Source: Thalia democratica (Eukaryota). Taken from it: a DNA stretch of 64,000 nt. Below, piece by piece: positions 35,471 through 48,890 of this stretch. Each line of letters starts with the position of its first letter. The first letter of the stretch is position 1. Made by a program: the position numbers and the translations under genes. Below the pieces are notes generated by a model, which ran no database searches, was not told where the DNA came from, and worked only from the letters and a program-made list of their open reading frames with translations. The stretch spans positions 99,448,001 to 99,512,000 of the forward strand of contig OZ241826.1 of assembly GCA_965202585.1 (NCBI GenBank), read 5' to 3'.

Positions 35471-38253
35471 CTAAAAAATTTATACTAAATAATAAACGTA
35501 GTAGTACTTCAAATTATGATACTAAAGAGACCAAACTTAAATAAAAAGCATAAAAACAAGAACTGTGTGTAAAACTCTATATAAGTAAAAAATTACTGTA
35601 AAATAAAAAAATTTGGTCACTTACTTTCAACACACGAACTAAATTCTATTTTCGAAAATTTTATCTATCAAAGTATAAATAAAATAAACAGTTTATATAT
35701 AATATAACACTGAATAACAAATTAAGCAGATTTTTGTTTTTTTTTGTCCATTGTAATCTGTTTAAAATTTTGTGTGTAAGAACTAATTATATAGTTCATT
35801 TTATTTTGTGAAGTTTTGTGCTTATTGATATAAAACGTATAACTAATTATTTAAAGTATGATAATGACAACTTTGCAACTTAAAACAAAACGTTGATATA
35901 AAGCTATGGTTTTATATATAATAACATTTTAACAGTTTTTTTTTCGACAATATTTTGTTCAGTCTGTATATACAATGCTAATTACAAAACTATTTCAAAA
36001 TTAAAATCATGAAAACTATAGATTTTGTATTTGAATAACGTTTATATGGAAAATAAAAGCTAAAAGTATTCAGAAAAACTAATATGCTTGTATTATTTGT
36101 TTAACAAAAATTAAGGTTTACAAAATAATCGTTAAAAAATAGTACGTATAAATAGTTTACTTAAAAACAATTTGAAAAATACAACATAACTTTTAACATT
36201 AGTTGAAAAGAAAAAATATTATCAGAAATAAAAAATTATTAGAACAGTACTTTAATGTAAAAACAAGGTTTATAAATTTATAAAAACTTAAAAAACTTCA
36301 TTATAAATTAAGTGATTTTTGACATTTTAAATTATAAAGTGTAGCAGTAAAACTTAAGGTTCAAACTATACTATCAAACTTATTAAATTTTAAAAATGTA
36401 ATTAGTCTCTAAATGTTTTTGCTAACGACATAGATTAAGTATAAGGATCAAATATAACACTTTTAGTTTTATATTTAGTATAAATGCTTGTAAGAACTAC
36501 TTTAAAATTGAATAGGTCATTAATCTGCTATGTGTTGAAAAATAACTGTTTACAAAAACCCAAAAATTTTAAATGTGGGTTATTAACTAAACTGTGTATT
36601 AAATCATTAAATCGTAATTTTCTCAATAAATTTTAGTAGATTATTACTAGATAAATTTTCTTTTCTAAAAATAAAAAATCCTGAATGTTTTTTTCAACAG
36701 ATAGGAAAAATACTTATCTTATAAATTAATTTTTAATAAAAACAAACAAACACTTAAACTAGTTAAGTAGGTTAAGTTTTTTAAACTGTCTAGTAGACTA
36801 CAATATTAAGCTATTTAAATTGTATTTTTCAGTCAGCCCATTGTAATATAATGTAGGTTAAATAATTTATATAAAAAACAACATACAAGTTGCCAATTTT
36901 AATCCAGAAAGTTCTAGAATTAACATACATAAAGAGTTTTGAAATAGAACGCTCAAAAATAAACATTTGAATGTTTTAATCTAATAATTCTATGTATTGT
37001 GTTAATAATTTTATTTTATTGGTTTAATGGTAAAAAAGTACATATATAAAATAAATACTTAAACGAATTTTGTAATAAAACAACTATAATTAGGTCAACT
37101 TTTTCAAAATTTTAAGTCTAAAACATATCCAATACCTCTAGAAACATGCTCTAAAAAGAATGTTAACTACTTCTCAACTTATCTAAAGTTTATAAACATT
37201 TAACACATTAGCATAAATTTAAAACCATCATCGCATCATTGGGTCTCAAACTTTTGATAAATTTACCGTAAAATTTCTTAAGTGAAATCTTTTAAACGGT
37301 TTTTCTCTCTATAAATAACTAAAGGAGAACCTAAAACTTAACAGACTTATATAACTTTTTTTTAAATGAAAGCTGACATGACTATTGATTTGAAAGAGTT
37401 TTATGTAATTAAAAATTAGATTAATCACATGTACTTAAAAACAATTACATAACAAAATCAACATAAATAAATTTTAGCTTAAAACGAAGTTTAGTATGAG
37501 TTAATTTATAGAAATTTCAAATAAAAAACTAATATATATTTATAACTTTTTTCTTTTTTACTCAAAAATCTTAGACTGTTTGATAAATTCGTAGTAAAGT
37601 TTAAATTTTGCAAGTTATTGAGCTAGATATCAAAAGCTTACTCAACTAAATGTACCTTAAAAGTACTTAATAATATTTTTTAGTACTTGTTAACTTGTTA
37701 GTTTTAATCTTTTTTAATAACTTAACAATCACATTTGAAACTATTTGTTCTTTTTAATTATTTTACAAAAAACATACAAACTTGCTATTTGTTTGTTGAC
37801 TTAAGAAACTTTGATTTAGTTTAGAAGTTAAAAAAATAATGAGTTGGTATCAAACAAAACAAACAAAGTTTCTATATAAAAACAATTTATCTGTTTATAC
37901 AACTAAAGTTAAGGCTTATAAACAATGTGTAAGTATATACACAGTTACTAAACATATATATTCGGTTTACTACAGTTATGTGTATAAAAATTAGTTATAC
38001 ACTACAATAACACAATACTGTTAGTAACATAAAATCAAATATAAAAACAATTTATTTTAAAATACAAGTTTTAAAACAGTACTTTAACAATTTTTTGTTT
38101 TTAATCATAATTATTGTGCAAAACTACATGAAAATTTTTTTTTTGATTTATCTTTTCATAAAAAATAAACTGAAAACAATTAATTCAACAGACAAAAGAC
38201 TTGATAATTTTAACTGCACGTTGTTATTTCAACGCACTGGTGCGTTTGTCTAC

Positions 38254-38464
38254 CTAATAAGCTTTTTATTAAAGTTCGCTTCAATTCCGTCTTCCAGTGT
38301 GTCGAACAGAGCGTTGACATAAACGTGAACTCTGCCGTCAGCATCCACGCACAGGTCAGCTATGAGCACATCGTTTTCCAAATCTTTGATCGTTTGTTGG
38401 TCTGCAGCGAAAACATGCGCCTTGATGTTTATCATTTTTCTGAAGAACTTGAAGCCGTATCGCC
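38254..38464 (-). CDS. Predicted exon (G)RYGFKFFRKMINIKAHVFAADQQTIKDLENDVLIADLCVDADGRVHVYVNALFDTLEDGIEANFNKKLI
   Basis: GC-enriched island with a 69-codon open frame (includes the ORF-track hit 38250-38435). Acceptor aaacag, donor ag|gtagac. Confidence 0.7.
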
Positions 38465-38964
38465 CTGTTTTTCCAATAACACTTTAGTTATAAACTATGT
38501 TAAAATGGAAAACCTTAGTTAACTAATTAAAATAAACATTTATAAAGGTTAATTATTACTATACTGACAATAGTTTAAACAGTTTGGAAGCTTGTTTGAA
38601 CTAATGCTACTTGCGTATTTATAAGTTTAAAAGAAACAAATGTTTTGTTTTTAGATAATTATTCGATTAAGTATTGTTTCCCAAAATTGCAATCATAATC
38701 GCCCTATTTAATAAATATCGCTTCCTTATTTTTACGATTTCTTGCTAATTACTGAAAACCAAAAATGTCTCTAAAAGCAATGTACCGCTCTTTGAAAAAC
38801 TCTTAATTATAAGTAACAACTTGATATTCGAAAAAAAAACATTAAGTAACTAGTAATTAAAATATTGTGAAATGAGTTTATATTCTTTTTCCTGACTTAA
38901 ATACTTTAAAGCATCAACATATCAAAAACGGTTTTCGGACAAAATAAAAGTTAAAATTGGATAC

Positions 38965-39061
38965 CTTTTTTGAAATTGTCCATAACTTCGTTGATAATTA
39001 CAGCAATAGTTGCTTGACGATGAATTTCACTTGGATTTGATTCTTGGTGGATCATAAATAC
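38965..39061 (-). CDS. Predicted exon VFMIHQESNPSEIHRQATIAVIINEVMDNFKK(G)
   Basis: Acceptor tttatag, donor aag|gtatcc. 97 nt, phase 0 to 1, joining in frame to 38464. Confidence 0.68.
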
Positions 39062-39433
39062 CTATAAATTAAATATATTTATGATATTGTTACCAACCTG
39101 GTATCAAGTCGTAAAAAAACATAACACTTATTTTTTTTTCGCTTAATTGACAACTAAAAAAAAACATATTTTTTTATAGATTTACTTTACAAACTTTACA
39201 AACTTCCAAATAATGTGATTTGAATTTTGTTTAGATGTTTAAAAGCAGTTTTAAAGTTTTAATTTTTTTACAACATTAGATTTAAAAAATGTGAAAATAT
39301 CACTACTTTAAATTGTAAAACAAATACGGCAAAATTAACAACTTTAATTAAAAAACTAGTATTTAAATATTTAAATATTATCTTATTTATATTTATATTA
39401 AATTTATATTAAATAAACTAACATCCTTTTTAC

Positions 39434-39493
39434 CAGTCCAGCAATTAAGATGAACCACCAACTTAAGTTTATCCATAACTTATTATAAACAAA
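39434..39493 (-). CDS. Predicted exon FVYNKLWINLSWWFILIAGL (hydrophobic, possible TM segment)
   Basis: Donor ctg|gtaaaa is phase 0 and fits the next exon. The acceptor ttattag is tentative. Upstream exons were not located. Confidence 0.5.
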
Positions 39494-42124
39494 CTAATAA
39501 GATATACTGAAAGTTTTTAGTTAAAATATTAAATAAAAAGATATCGATTTGCAGGGTTTAACAAAGCTACTTTTGCTTTTCACTTGAAAACATTTTCAAA
39601 ATTTATAACTGATTAAAATGTTAATCATAACTGAAAAAAATAATATTTTACTTAAAACTGGGTAAAAAACTTTTTTCAATAACTTTAAAATTTATTTGGT
39701 TGAGCATATATAGTATTGCATAAGTACACAAAACAACAATACAAACAGCGTATTTTTGTGTAAATAAAAATTTAAAGGTATTAATAGTAGAATAAAAAAT
39801 AATAACATTATCTATTTTAAAACCAAAACTAATCTAACTTGATAACTAAACTAATAGACTATTAGAGTAGCTTGAAATATTTTATAGTTAAAAACACCTT
39901 GCTTATTTAAAACTATACTAAATCATTAGTCTATACTTGTTTTTTTAAACCTTAATCTAACCTAAAGTAGTTTAGTTTACACTAAAGCAGCTTTAAATAC
40001 TATTCATTTGCAATCGTAAGCTAACAAAACAAGTTGAAAGTATGTTTGACCAGATAAACTAACTAATAGTAAAATGTTTAAAAAGGTTCTTTCATTACTA
40101 AAAACTACTTTTTACTTAAGCTAGTCATTTGATCTAATTTTTTCATAGAAAATTTGAAATTAAACTAACCAAATCAACACATATCATAAGTAGGTTTAAT
40201 AACAAAATATTAATAAGCTCTTTAATTCTAAATTAAAACTGAAATCTGCTACTGATAATTATTGTTCAAAAATAAACGAATACTTTAAAATAAAAGTTAT
40301 TTTTCGGGTATAAATTTTACAAAGATGAGTATATTTCTTAATACCATTTGAAAACTAAACAAAACAATTAACTAAAACGACTATTTTAAAACTCAAGTTA
40401 TTATTCGTTTAGAACTTCTATACATCAGTAGATTTACTAATAATATTAAAGATAAAAGTAAAAATCAATTAGATAATGTTTATTGGGTTTATACAATTTT
40501 AGCGCAATATAATTTAATGTGAAAATAAAATTAAGCTCTATGATATAATAAAACACTTTTGTACTAAAAATTTAACTAATGTTTAAATATAACTGGTTTA
40601 TAATATGAAGTAATTAGTTTGTAGTTTTACTTAATGCATTAAAACACAGATTTATTCTGTTAAAACTCGTCTACTTTTTATTTTTCCATACTTTATTTGC
40701 AAAACATCTATAATATAATCTCTACAACTTATTTTTCGCTCAATTCATACATTCTACCTGTATATTTTACTTTGATTTATTAATTCAAAAACATTTTTAC
40801 TAAAAACTCAAAGTTTAGTAAAGTCTAATACTATTCTTAGTAAAAGTTTAGTTAAAAGAAACAAAGTTTATAAGACTGATAAACAACAAACTTACACAAA
40901 GTTAAATTAATTACACTGTTTATAGTAAACACACTGTTTGATATAAAAACAAATTTAATTTTCTGTTTAGAGCATTTCCGTAAAAACTATTTTCTAAACA
41001 AACAAAATATTATCAATTCTAAAGATTAAGCTTTAAATTTTTCAATGTTTTTATGCACACTACACGTTTCAGTTATATAGCATAAATTGACTGTTGTAGA
41101 TAAAAAAAGTTTTTAAACTGTTTAAAACTACATTATTTTTAGAAAAAGGATTAATAAAGAAATTTTACCTAATGAACTAACTGCTGTTTTAGACATATAA
41201 TATTACTAAAGTGTTTTTTATTTGAAACTTATTAGTTTATTTTTTATCGAAATGAAAAACTATAATAAACTTTATCAAACCTGAAAATTTATTTACTAAT
41301 ATTCTACTGAAAAGCTAATTAAAAAACTTAATTAAACAATCTAGTTTAATAGCCTTTTAACAGTTCAAATTAAGTCGCTCAGCTTTTAGTTGATGTTTTT
41401 TTAAAAGTTATATTTCTTAATGATTACCCTTGTATGCAATCAAAAATACCTTATTAGGCAGAAAAATAAAATTTTTCTTAGTATGTGTAATAAACCTTGT
41501 AAGCTCTTTACTTTTTTGTAAACAAAATGTTTAACGATTTAAAAATTTTAAGTCGAAGCGCAAAAGTAACAATAAAAACAAGAAATAAAATAACTTAAAT
41601 AGATCATACTTTAGCGACTTATACTGTCCATACAAAAAAAAAGTTTACAGTTAGAACAAAACATATTGTCTCTTGTTCATTGATATTTTTTTATTAAAAA
41701 TATTTTAACTGAACTTAAGTTTCAAGCGGTAGTAGGCGTAGTTATTTGTTGTAGTAATTCTGAAAGAGTTGTTTGTGTTTAAGACACTAAAGAAGTATAA
41801 AAGTAAGCAGATTTATTATATGGTTATTTAACTTATTAATACTTAACAATATGTCAGGTAACTAATAAACTATACTAATTTAATTAAGCTTTTTATTGTT
41901 TTTATTAACTTTTAAGGTTTAAATGTACAAAAAAGTACTTGATATTAAAACTTAAAATACCAATTCATATTTTATGTAGTATGTTTTATAGGTTTAATAC
42001 TGTATGTATACTAACTTAAATGTACAAGAAGATAACCTTTTTATTTAAATTATATATTATGCTAGTTGATTGCACTTATACATCGAATGACGCAACTTAA
42101 AATTAGAAACCCCTTAACACACAA

Positions 42125-42483
42125 CTGCAGGGGAATTCTTAGTTGAAGGTCTAGTCGATGCCGAGTCAGTGTACTTAAGGGGAACTCCCTAGTTGAAGAT
42201 CTGGTTGACGCCGAGGCAGTGGACTGCAGGGGAATTCCCTGGTTGAATACCTGGTTGACACCGAGACAGAGTACTGCAGGGGAACTCCCTAGTTTAAGAC
42301 CTGGTTGACGCCGAGGCAGCGGACTTCAGGGGAACTCCCTGATTATAGACCTGGCTGACGCTGAGGCAGTAGACTGCAGGGGAACTCCCTAGTTTAAGAC
42401 CTGGCTGACGCTGAGGCAGTAGACTGCAGGGGAACAATTATTAAAAAACTGATTGAAGCCGAGGCAATGCGGGGGAATTCCCA
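42125..42483. repeat. 50-bp GC-rich minisatellite, ~7 units
   Basis: Units start at 42125, 42174, 42224, 42274, 42324, 42374 and 42424 (last degenerate). Consensus ctgcaggggaactccctagtttaagacctggttgacgccgaggcagtaga. Confidence 0.92.
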
Positions 42484-44219
42484 ACAGCTATCCGTATAAA
42501 TATCATGACCTTGGGGAAGGGGTCCCGTCTGTCGTATTCCAATTAGGGGGTCAAACACTCGACCCATGCCTATTTCGCAGTTATAGAGCAAATAGATGCT
42601 GGCAAAGACAACTACTTTCGCAACTATAGAGCTGGCAACGGGACAAATTAACTTTCTAAATAGTTTTAAAATTAAATTATATGACAATTAAAACATTTTG
42701 ATAAACTATTTTATTATTTCTGACTGGTACGATAAAGCACCAAGGTACTAGCTTATTACCAGTTTTTTGTTGATAGCAGTCTCATTTAAACATAATCCAT
42801 TGTCTTAGCTGAAGTAAGGCAAAAATTGTTTTGAAAACAATTGTTCAATATTTTTTTTAATTTATGAAAACTTTACTTTAAAATATATTTTACTAAATAA
42901 TAACGTTTTTTTACTCTTATATAAAACAGCAAATATTAAAAAAACTATTTTTTAACATAACTTGATTTTAAGTGAATCCGTAAAAAGGGAATGTATACTT
43001 AAAGTTCAGTCTGAGCTTAAAAAAGGTTAAAAAAACCTAGATGAAAAAAAATTTTAAACCTTTTTTTTTATACCTATATCTCACCAAACTTAAACGTAAA
43101 AGAAATTAATCAAAAAATAAAGTCAAAATAGTAATTCAAAAATAGCTTGAACAAAAGCTTCTTATTTATGCTGACCTAGCTTTTGTTTAGCTTTTTTTAT
43201 TTAAAAGAAACTTTGATTTAACTATTTTAAGTTTTGAAAAAATATTAAAATCATTAAAAATTATTTTATTCAAGTTATTTTTTAGCAGGTTAAAACTACA
43301 AGTAATTAGCATTGATAATTAATTTTAATTTTATCTTAGTTATAGAAAATAAAACATTAGTTTTGAATTTTATTAATACAATCTTTGTAAGTGATTTTTA
43401 AATAAACTCTTTAAATATTTTTAGTTTAAATAATATGTCTAAAACAAAAACGTTTACTCCACTAATTTTTAAATTCTTCATATCGGCAAATAAAATTAGT
43501 CTATATGATTCTTTATTTTTTACGTCTTCATTTAATCACTTTGTAAAAAATTATACTGAAATAAAGTGACGCTCAAGTTATTTTTATTTTTTTTTAAGTT
43601 TTGCTCTTGTCAACACAAATTACAAATAATTTTGAATTTATGTAAAAATTCAACGATATTTAGTTTATGAAAATCTTTTTTCATTTGACACATTAAGTCA
43701 AAAATAGCTACAGCTTGAAAGTAATTAACATTAAAATAATTAATATACATTCTCGGTTTATAATAACTATCCTAGTAAGTTCCTTAAATTAGTTTAACTA
43801 TTTAAAAACTTTAAGTTGGTTCACAAAACTAACAAGGAAAACAAGAAGTAACACAACTTAAATAGATTAATGCTTAGCTCTTGGTTTGTATTGACCATGC
43901 AAACATTATAAGTTTTTATCTAAAGAAATTTGTTGTCTCTGCTTAATCAATATCTGTTCACTGGCATAATTCTAACAAAACATTTGTTACTTTAGGTCAG
44001 TTGTTTTTGATATAATCGAAACCTGTGCACATGAAACTGCAAATAAAGTATTCAGTGCACCCCAAGTATAAACTCAGATATTTAATATGTTACATTGTTT
44101 TTGTTTAAATTAATTATACAAAGAAAAAAAATTATTGTAATTTTTTTTTGAAATTAGTTGTTTTAAGAGTCAAAATAGTTTGTAGGTTACGTTTTTATTG
44201 AAACTACCCCCTACAAAGA

Positions 44220-44850
44220 TTTTTATCTTAGAAATTTGGCCTGCAACAACCAAACTCCTGCCGATTCCTAAACTAGTTAATGCATTTACCCTAAAAAAAA
44301 GTTGATTATATCAATTCGATCATCAGACCACAAGCCTTCGGTAGACTGAGATCGGTTTTGTCCTTAAGTACTAATCAGTCAGTCACAATTGAAAAACTTG
44401 CAGTCTTCAATCTACAGACGTTTTATTATGCTTTCATATGAAGCAACAGTTTGCTTAACCCTTTTGTCAAACTTGAGCTTGTCTTCAAAGAAAGTCCAGG
44501 CTTCTGCTCTGCAAACATTCGCCGATGTTATTGTTGATTGCATGAACAAATTTTACTTAAAAAATTGTGCTGTAGCAAAACTTTTATTAATAAAAATATT
44601 TATTAAAAATTTAAGTACATTTAATAATAATTACACAAAACTACATAAGACAATAAATTCATTAAAAAAAAGTTTTTAATCTAAACTAATTATGACGTAA
44701 ACTTGAGGCAGTTAGAGTCAGTTACTTTTTTGTTATAATAAGTTGTTTTGTTTAAAATGCAATTTTTTAAATGGTAATTGGACCAAAAACTTCACTTAAT
44801 AAAAGGTCAAGAATGAACCTTTTTCTAACAAGTTCAAAAAATCACAAGTA
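44220..44850 (+). repeat. Dispersed repeat copy, homologous to 47605-47945, with ~270 bp of extra internal sequence
   Basis: Shared blocks ttagaaatttggcc.gc.acaacc and aatctaaactaattatgacgtaaa...aggcagttagagtcagttac...aaaaggtcaagaatg. Confidence 0.75.
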
Positions 44851-46239
44851 TGGAAAAAACTAAACAAAGTAAGTATTTTTTTTATGAATCAAAGTTTAAA
44901 ATTATAGCTATCTATATAGTTTGAGCAAATTTCAAACAAAAATAAAAAATCTATATTTTTCATTAAAGGAATGTATATTTCAAAAATTATATAAAAAGAA
45001 GCATTAAAGCTTCAAACGCTTACATATACATATATATTTTACATCACTAAACATTTTTTGATGAATAAATAAATTTTTAACTTGTACGAAGCAAGTTTTA
45101 GTACAGCTTTGAACATTTTACCGATCAAAACAGCTCCAATTACAGTTGTTTGAGTTTATATAGCTTTACTAAAACCATTAAATATTTTAATAAAAGTTTA
45201 AAACTAAAAAATTTAACAGCAAAAAAACTATTAACGAAAGAAAAATCTTTGTTGTGCAGAAAGCTACAGAAGAAATTGTTGAAATGAGTGTAAATTGTAA
45301 TGAGTATAAATTCTAGACTTCTGAGTATAAATACACAAAAATGCTAAATTTTAAAACTAATTAGCATCAACAAAATAGATTATTTAGTAAGAATTTAATT
45401 TTTGTGCTTAACTTTTCTCAAATGCATATAGTTTTAGTTTATAAGATACAAAGCCTAAAGTTTAAATATAATGTTTTTTAGTAACCTTTAATTTAAAAAT
45501 GTCAAAAAGAAAAAATAAACTAGAGTGTAGCATTATAACATATTAAGTTCTAACAGTATACAGTCGTGTAGTTTTTTAATATTAAAAGAATGTTTCATTT
45601 GTATTAATTTTTAAATGATCAGCACACTTCAAAATAGGTTCAAGTAACAAACTACAACCTTGATGTGTTAAATTTAGATTGTTTTTCTAAGATAATATAG
45701 GTTAACGTTAACAAAACAAGTCTAACTTTCTTTTCGTTTACAGAAAGTTGTTAGATTAAAGTTAATTAGTTTTACACCTATTTTTAAAGTTATAGTATTA
45801 GATATCGATAGTGTATTTAATAAAGTATTATAAGCTCCTAAATACTTAAATGTTAAAATAAAGTAGTAAGGTAGCGATCGCTAAAGCAGACAGAAGGGAT
45901 AATCTAAACAAACGGTACGAACTCTTTTATTCCTGCCCGCACTTTCGAAAACTCCACTTCAAAACTTAAATTACTCGTAATACAGGTTTTGTGCATGCTT
46001 TTTATTTTTTGTAACTATAATTTTCTTAAAGTTAAATTTTTTTTTTTCTAAATTATTTAAGCAAAATTTTAAAATTTTCGTAACTATTACAAGCACAAAA
46101 TTACTTAAATTTACAATATTCAAGTCACAATAAAATTTAGCTTGATTAAAATGCATCTTAACTTAAGCCCACTTATAGATTAAAATATAACTTACATATA
46201 ACTTAAATATTAATTATTTAAATATAACCTTAATTTTAT

Positions 46240-46770
46240 TTAAGCAATGTTTACTTTGAAAATCAACTAGAAGAAAATAGAAAGCTACATACAATTTTTT
46301 TTTACTATTATTATTTGTGTTGTTCTTTGATTTTAAATTTAACTAGAATTTAAACTTTGCCAAGAATTCAAACTTAGTATCCTAATTTAACTTTTTTTGT
46401 TTTTAGGTAAAAATTTATTATAACTATAAGCTTTCATATAAAGCATTTGAGCGGGATTTTAAATTTTAATGGCGATTAAAAGCACAAGATTTTTCAAATT
46501 TTCAATAATTAAGTCACGATTAAAATAAGCTACAATAAATTAAATTAAATTTTAAGCTCACTTCATTAATTACACTTTTGATTAAGCAATGTTTACTCTG
46601 TAAATTAACTAGAAGAAAAAAAAGCTACATACAGCTTTGATTATTATTATTATTGTTGTTATAATGATTTTAAAATTTAGCTAAAAACATAAACTTCTAC
46701 TAAAGCTCAGTCTTAATATTAAAATTTGATTTGTTTAGTTTTTTAAGTAAAAATGTTCAGTAATAATTTG
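46240..46770 (+). repeat. Diverged direct repeat, period ~340 bp
   Basis: taagcaatgtttact...aactagaagaaaa...aaagctacataca occurs at ~46241 and ~46583. Confidence 0.7.
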
Positions 46771-46840
46771 GTTTTATTTTAATTTAGTTGTTTTAATGCT
46801 ATTTTCCATGACTGTCACATATCTTTTTTTAGATTTATTT

Positions 46841-46877
46841 AAGCACTGACGAGGTCTTTGACCGAAACTTAGTTTGT
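46841..46877 (+). ncRNA. Minimal type I hammerhead ribozyme motif (weak stem I)
   Basis: aagca-CTGACGA-ggtc-ttt-gacc-GAAA-c-tta-g-TT-tgt: perfect core and stem II, GUU triplet, stem I of only 3 bp. AATAAA follows immediately. Confidence 0.6.
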
Positions 46878-47604
46878 AAAATAAACTTTTGAAAGAATAA
46901 ATATATAAAGTAGTAAAAAGTAAAAGTAAGTTTAGTAAAAGAATGTTGAAAGAAAATAAAAACAGAGAAAATTACTAAGTATTAAGAAGAGTTTGTTGAG
47001 ATCTTTGTAAATTCATATCAATAGTAAGCTGTAAAATTAAAATAAAGCAAAGCAAAAATTTGTTGATCTTGCATAGTATCAAAAGATTTTTACTGACAAG
47101 GTTTGCCAAACAATCTAAATTCAAACTTTTGAAGATTTTGTATTTAAAATTTTAGAAATTTTGATTCATATTAAGTATTGGATTTAGTTCTAAAAAAGTA
47201 ATTTAAGCAAAAACTTGTGCTCATGAAGTTTTTATAAAACTTGAAAACGTTGCAAGTTTTGAAAATGACAAGATAACAAAAAAAAAAGAAAATGTTTAAA
47301 ACTGTGAAATAATTAGAAACACAACATCATCCTGAAGCTTATATGAGCAATTGAAAAAATTATTAAAACAATGAAGTTTAAAGAAAAACTAGCCTCAGGT
47401 TAGTTTCTGTATTTTTCAAGTATTAGCATTTTTAATAAAATACTTTAAAATACTAAAGAGGTAAAGCTGATAAGTTAATTTTATCCACGAAATTTAAAAC
47501 GCTTTATCTTTATGTTGATTTTTTATTTAACATCTCAAATCCTACTCATTTAAAATAATAAACATAAACAATTTTTTTCTTATCCGGTGTAGTTTTCCAA
47601 ACTA

Positions 47605-47945
47605 TTTTTAGAAATTTGGCCCGCGACAACCCAATTCCTGCCTACCACAGAATTAATTAATGCATTTATTGTTTAAATAAATTTTACTACAAAAACTTAT
47701 AATTTAGTAAAACTAGTGTAAGTTTAATTTAAATTGCACAAAAATTACATGAAACAATTAAATTAATTAAAAAAAGTTTGTAATCTAAACTAATTATGAC
47801 GTAAACTTAAGGCAGTTAGAGTCAGTTACTTTTTGTTACAATATGAAATTTTGTTTAAAATACACTTTTTTAAATGGTAGTTAGATAAAAAAACTTCAAC
47901 TTAGTAAAAGGTCAAGAATGGATTTTTTTTACTAAGTTCTAAAAA
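47605..47945 (+). repeat. Dispersed repeat copy homologous to 44220-44850
   Basis: Same shared blocks as listed for 44220-44850. Confidence 0.75.
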
Positions 47946-48751
47946 CCAAACAGAGTTATATGATAAAAAACAATAAAGATAAGAAAACAACTAAACAAAG
48001 TAAATATTTTGCTACCTTCATTAAAGTTAAAAACTTAAAACAACTCATTCGATTGAAATAATTAAACCAAATTTAAAAATACTTATCTTTTAATCAAGAT
48101 TTGTAAAATTTTGATCATTCTATAAAATACTAGTCTTTTATAAGATAAAGGTTAACGTTCAATAACAAGTCTAACAATCACTTAGTCTACAGTAAGTTCT
48201 TAGATAAAAAGTATCAATTGTTCTATTTCTTAAAAAACTTAATGTTTAATAAAGATAAATCATTTTAAGTTTATTGAAAGATCCTGCATACTTAAATGTT
48301 AAAACAAAGTAGGAATGAGTAAAAAAAGTTACAGAAAATATATCAATATGAAAAGAAATAAAGAAAAAATGTTAACAGTTTTAACAAGACTTCGTTGAGA
48401 TCTTTGTAAATTTTGGATTTACTGCATGACAAAAATAATTTGTCAAATAAAAAAACATAGTAAAAGTATGTTGATCTTGCTAACTAAAAAAACAAAACTA
48501 CAAGCGAGGATTTTCAGACATTTTGAATAAATTTTTTTGTATGTATGTAAAGCTGTTTAAAAAATTTCGGTTTATGACAAGTATTGTATTTATTTCCAGA
48601 AAAACAATTTTGAGATTTTTTCTTATAAACTTTGATAAGGTTGAAAGTGTTAGAACTAAAAGGATGACAAAAAGAAAACAGAAAATTTCAGTATTCAGTG
48701 ATAAAGTAGAGAAATCATCTTGGAGCTTATTAAAGCAAACTAGAAAATAAG

Positions 48752-48890
48752 TTACACTGTCCTGGACAAGACAATAAACTTTATCCGTGGTGTGCGACTC
48801 GATAACCGGAAGTTTTTCGTGAACCAAATCCTTGGACTAAAAGTTCTGAGCGTTTATTTTGGTCGTACAGTAAACAATTAATCAATTAAA
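48752..48890 (+). repeat. Short interspersed repeat (~125-130 bp family)
   Basis: cactgtcctggacaagacaataaactttatcc...gataaccggaag... aligns with the other copies. Confidence 0.65.

Noticed and set aside
38427-38495. Possible -1 frameshift (FITKVLLEKQGDTASSSSEK* into MINIK...) using the upstream catag acceptor
   Set aside because: The downstream acceptor aaacag at 38465 with a phase-1 donor at 38965 gives a continuous frame, and there is no canonical slippery heptamer.
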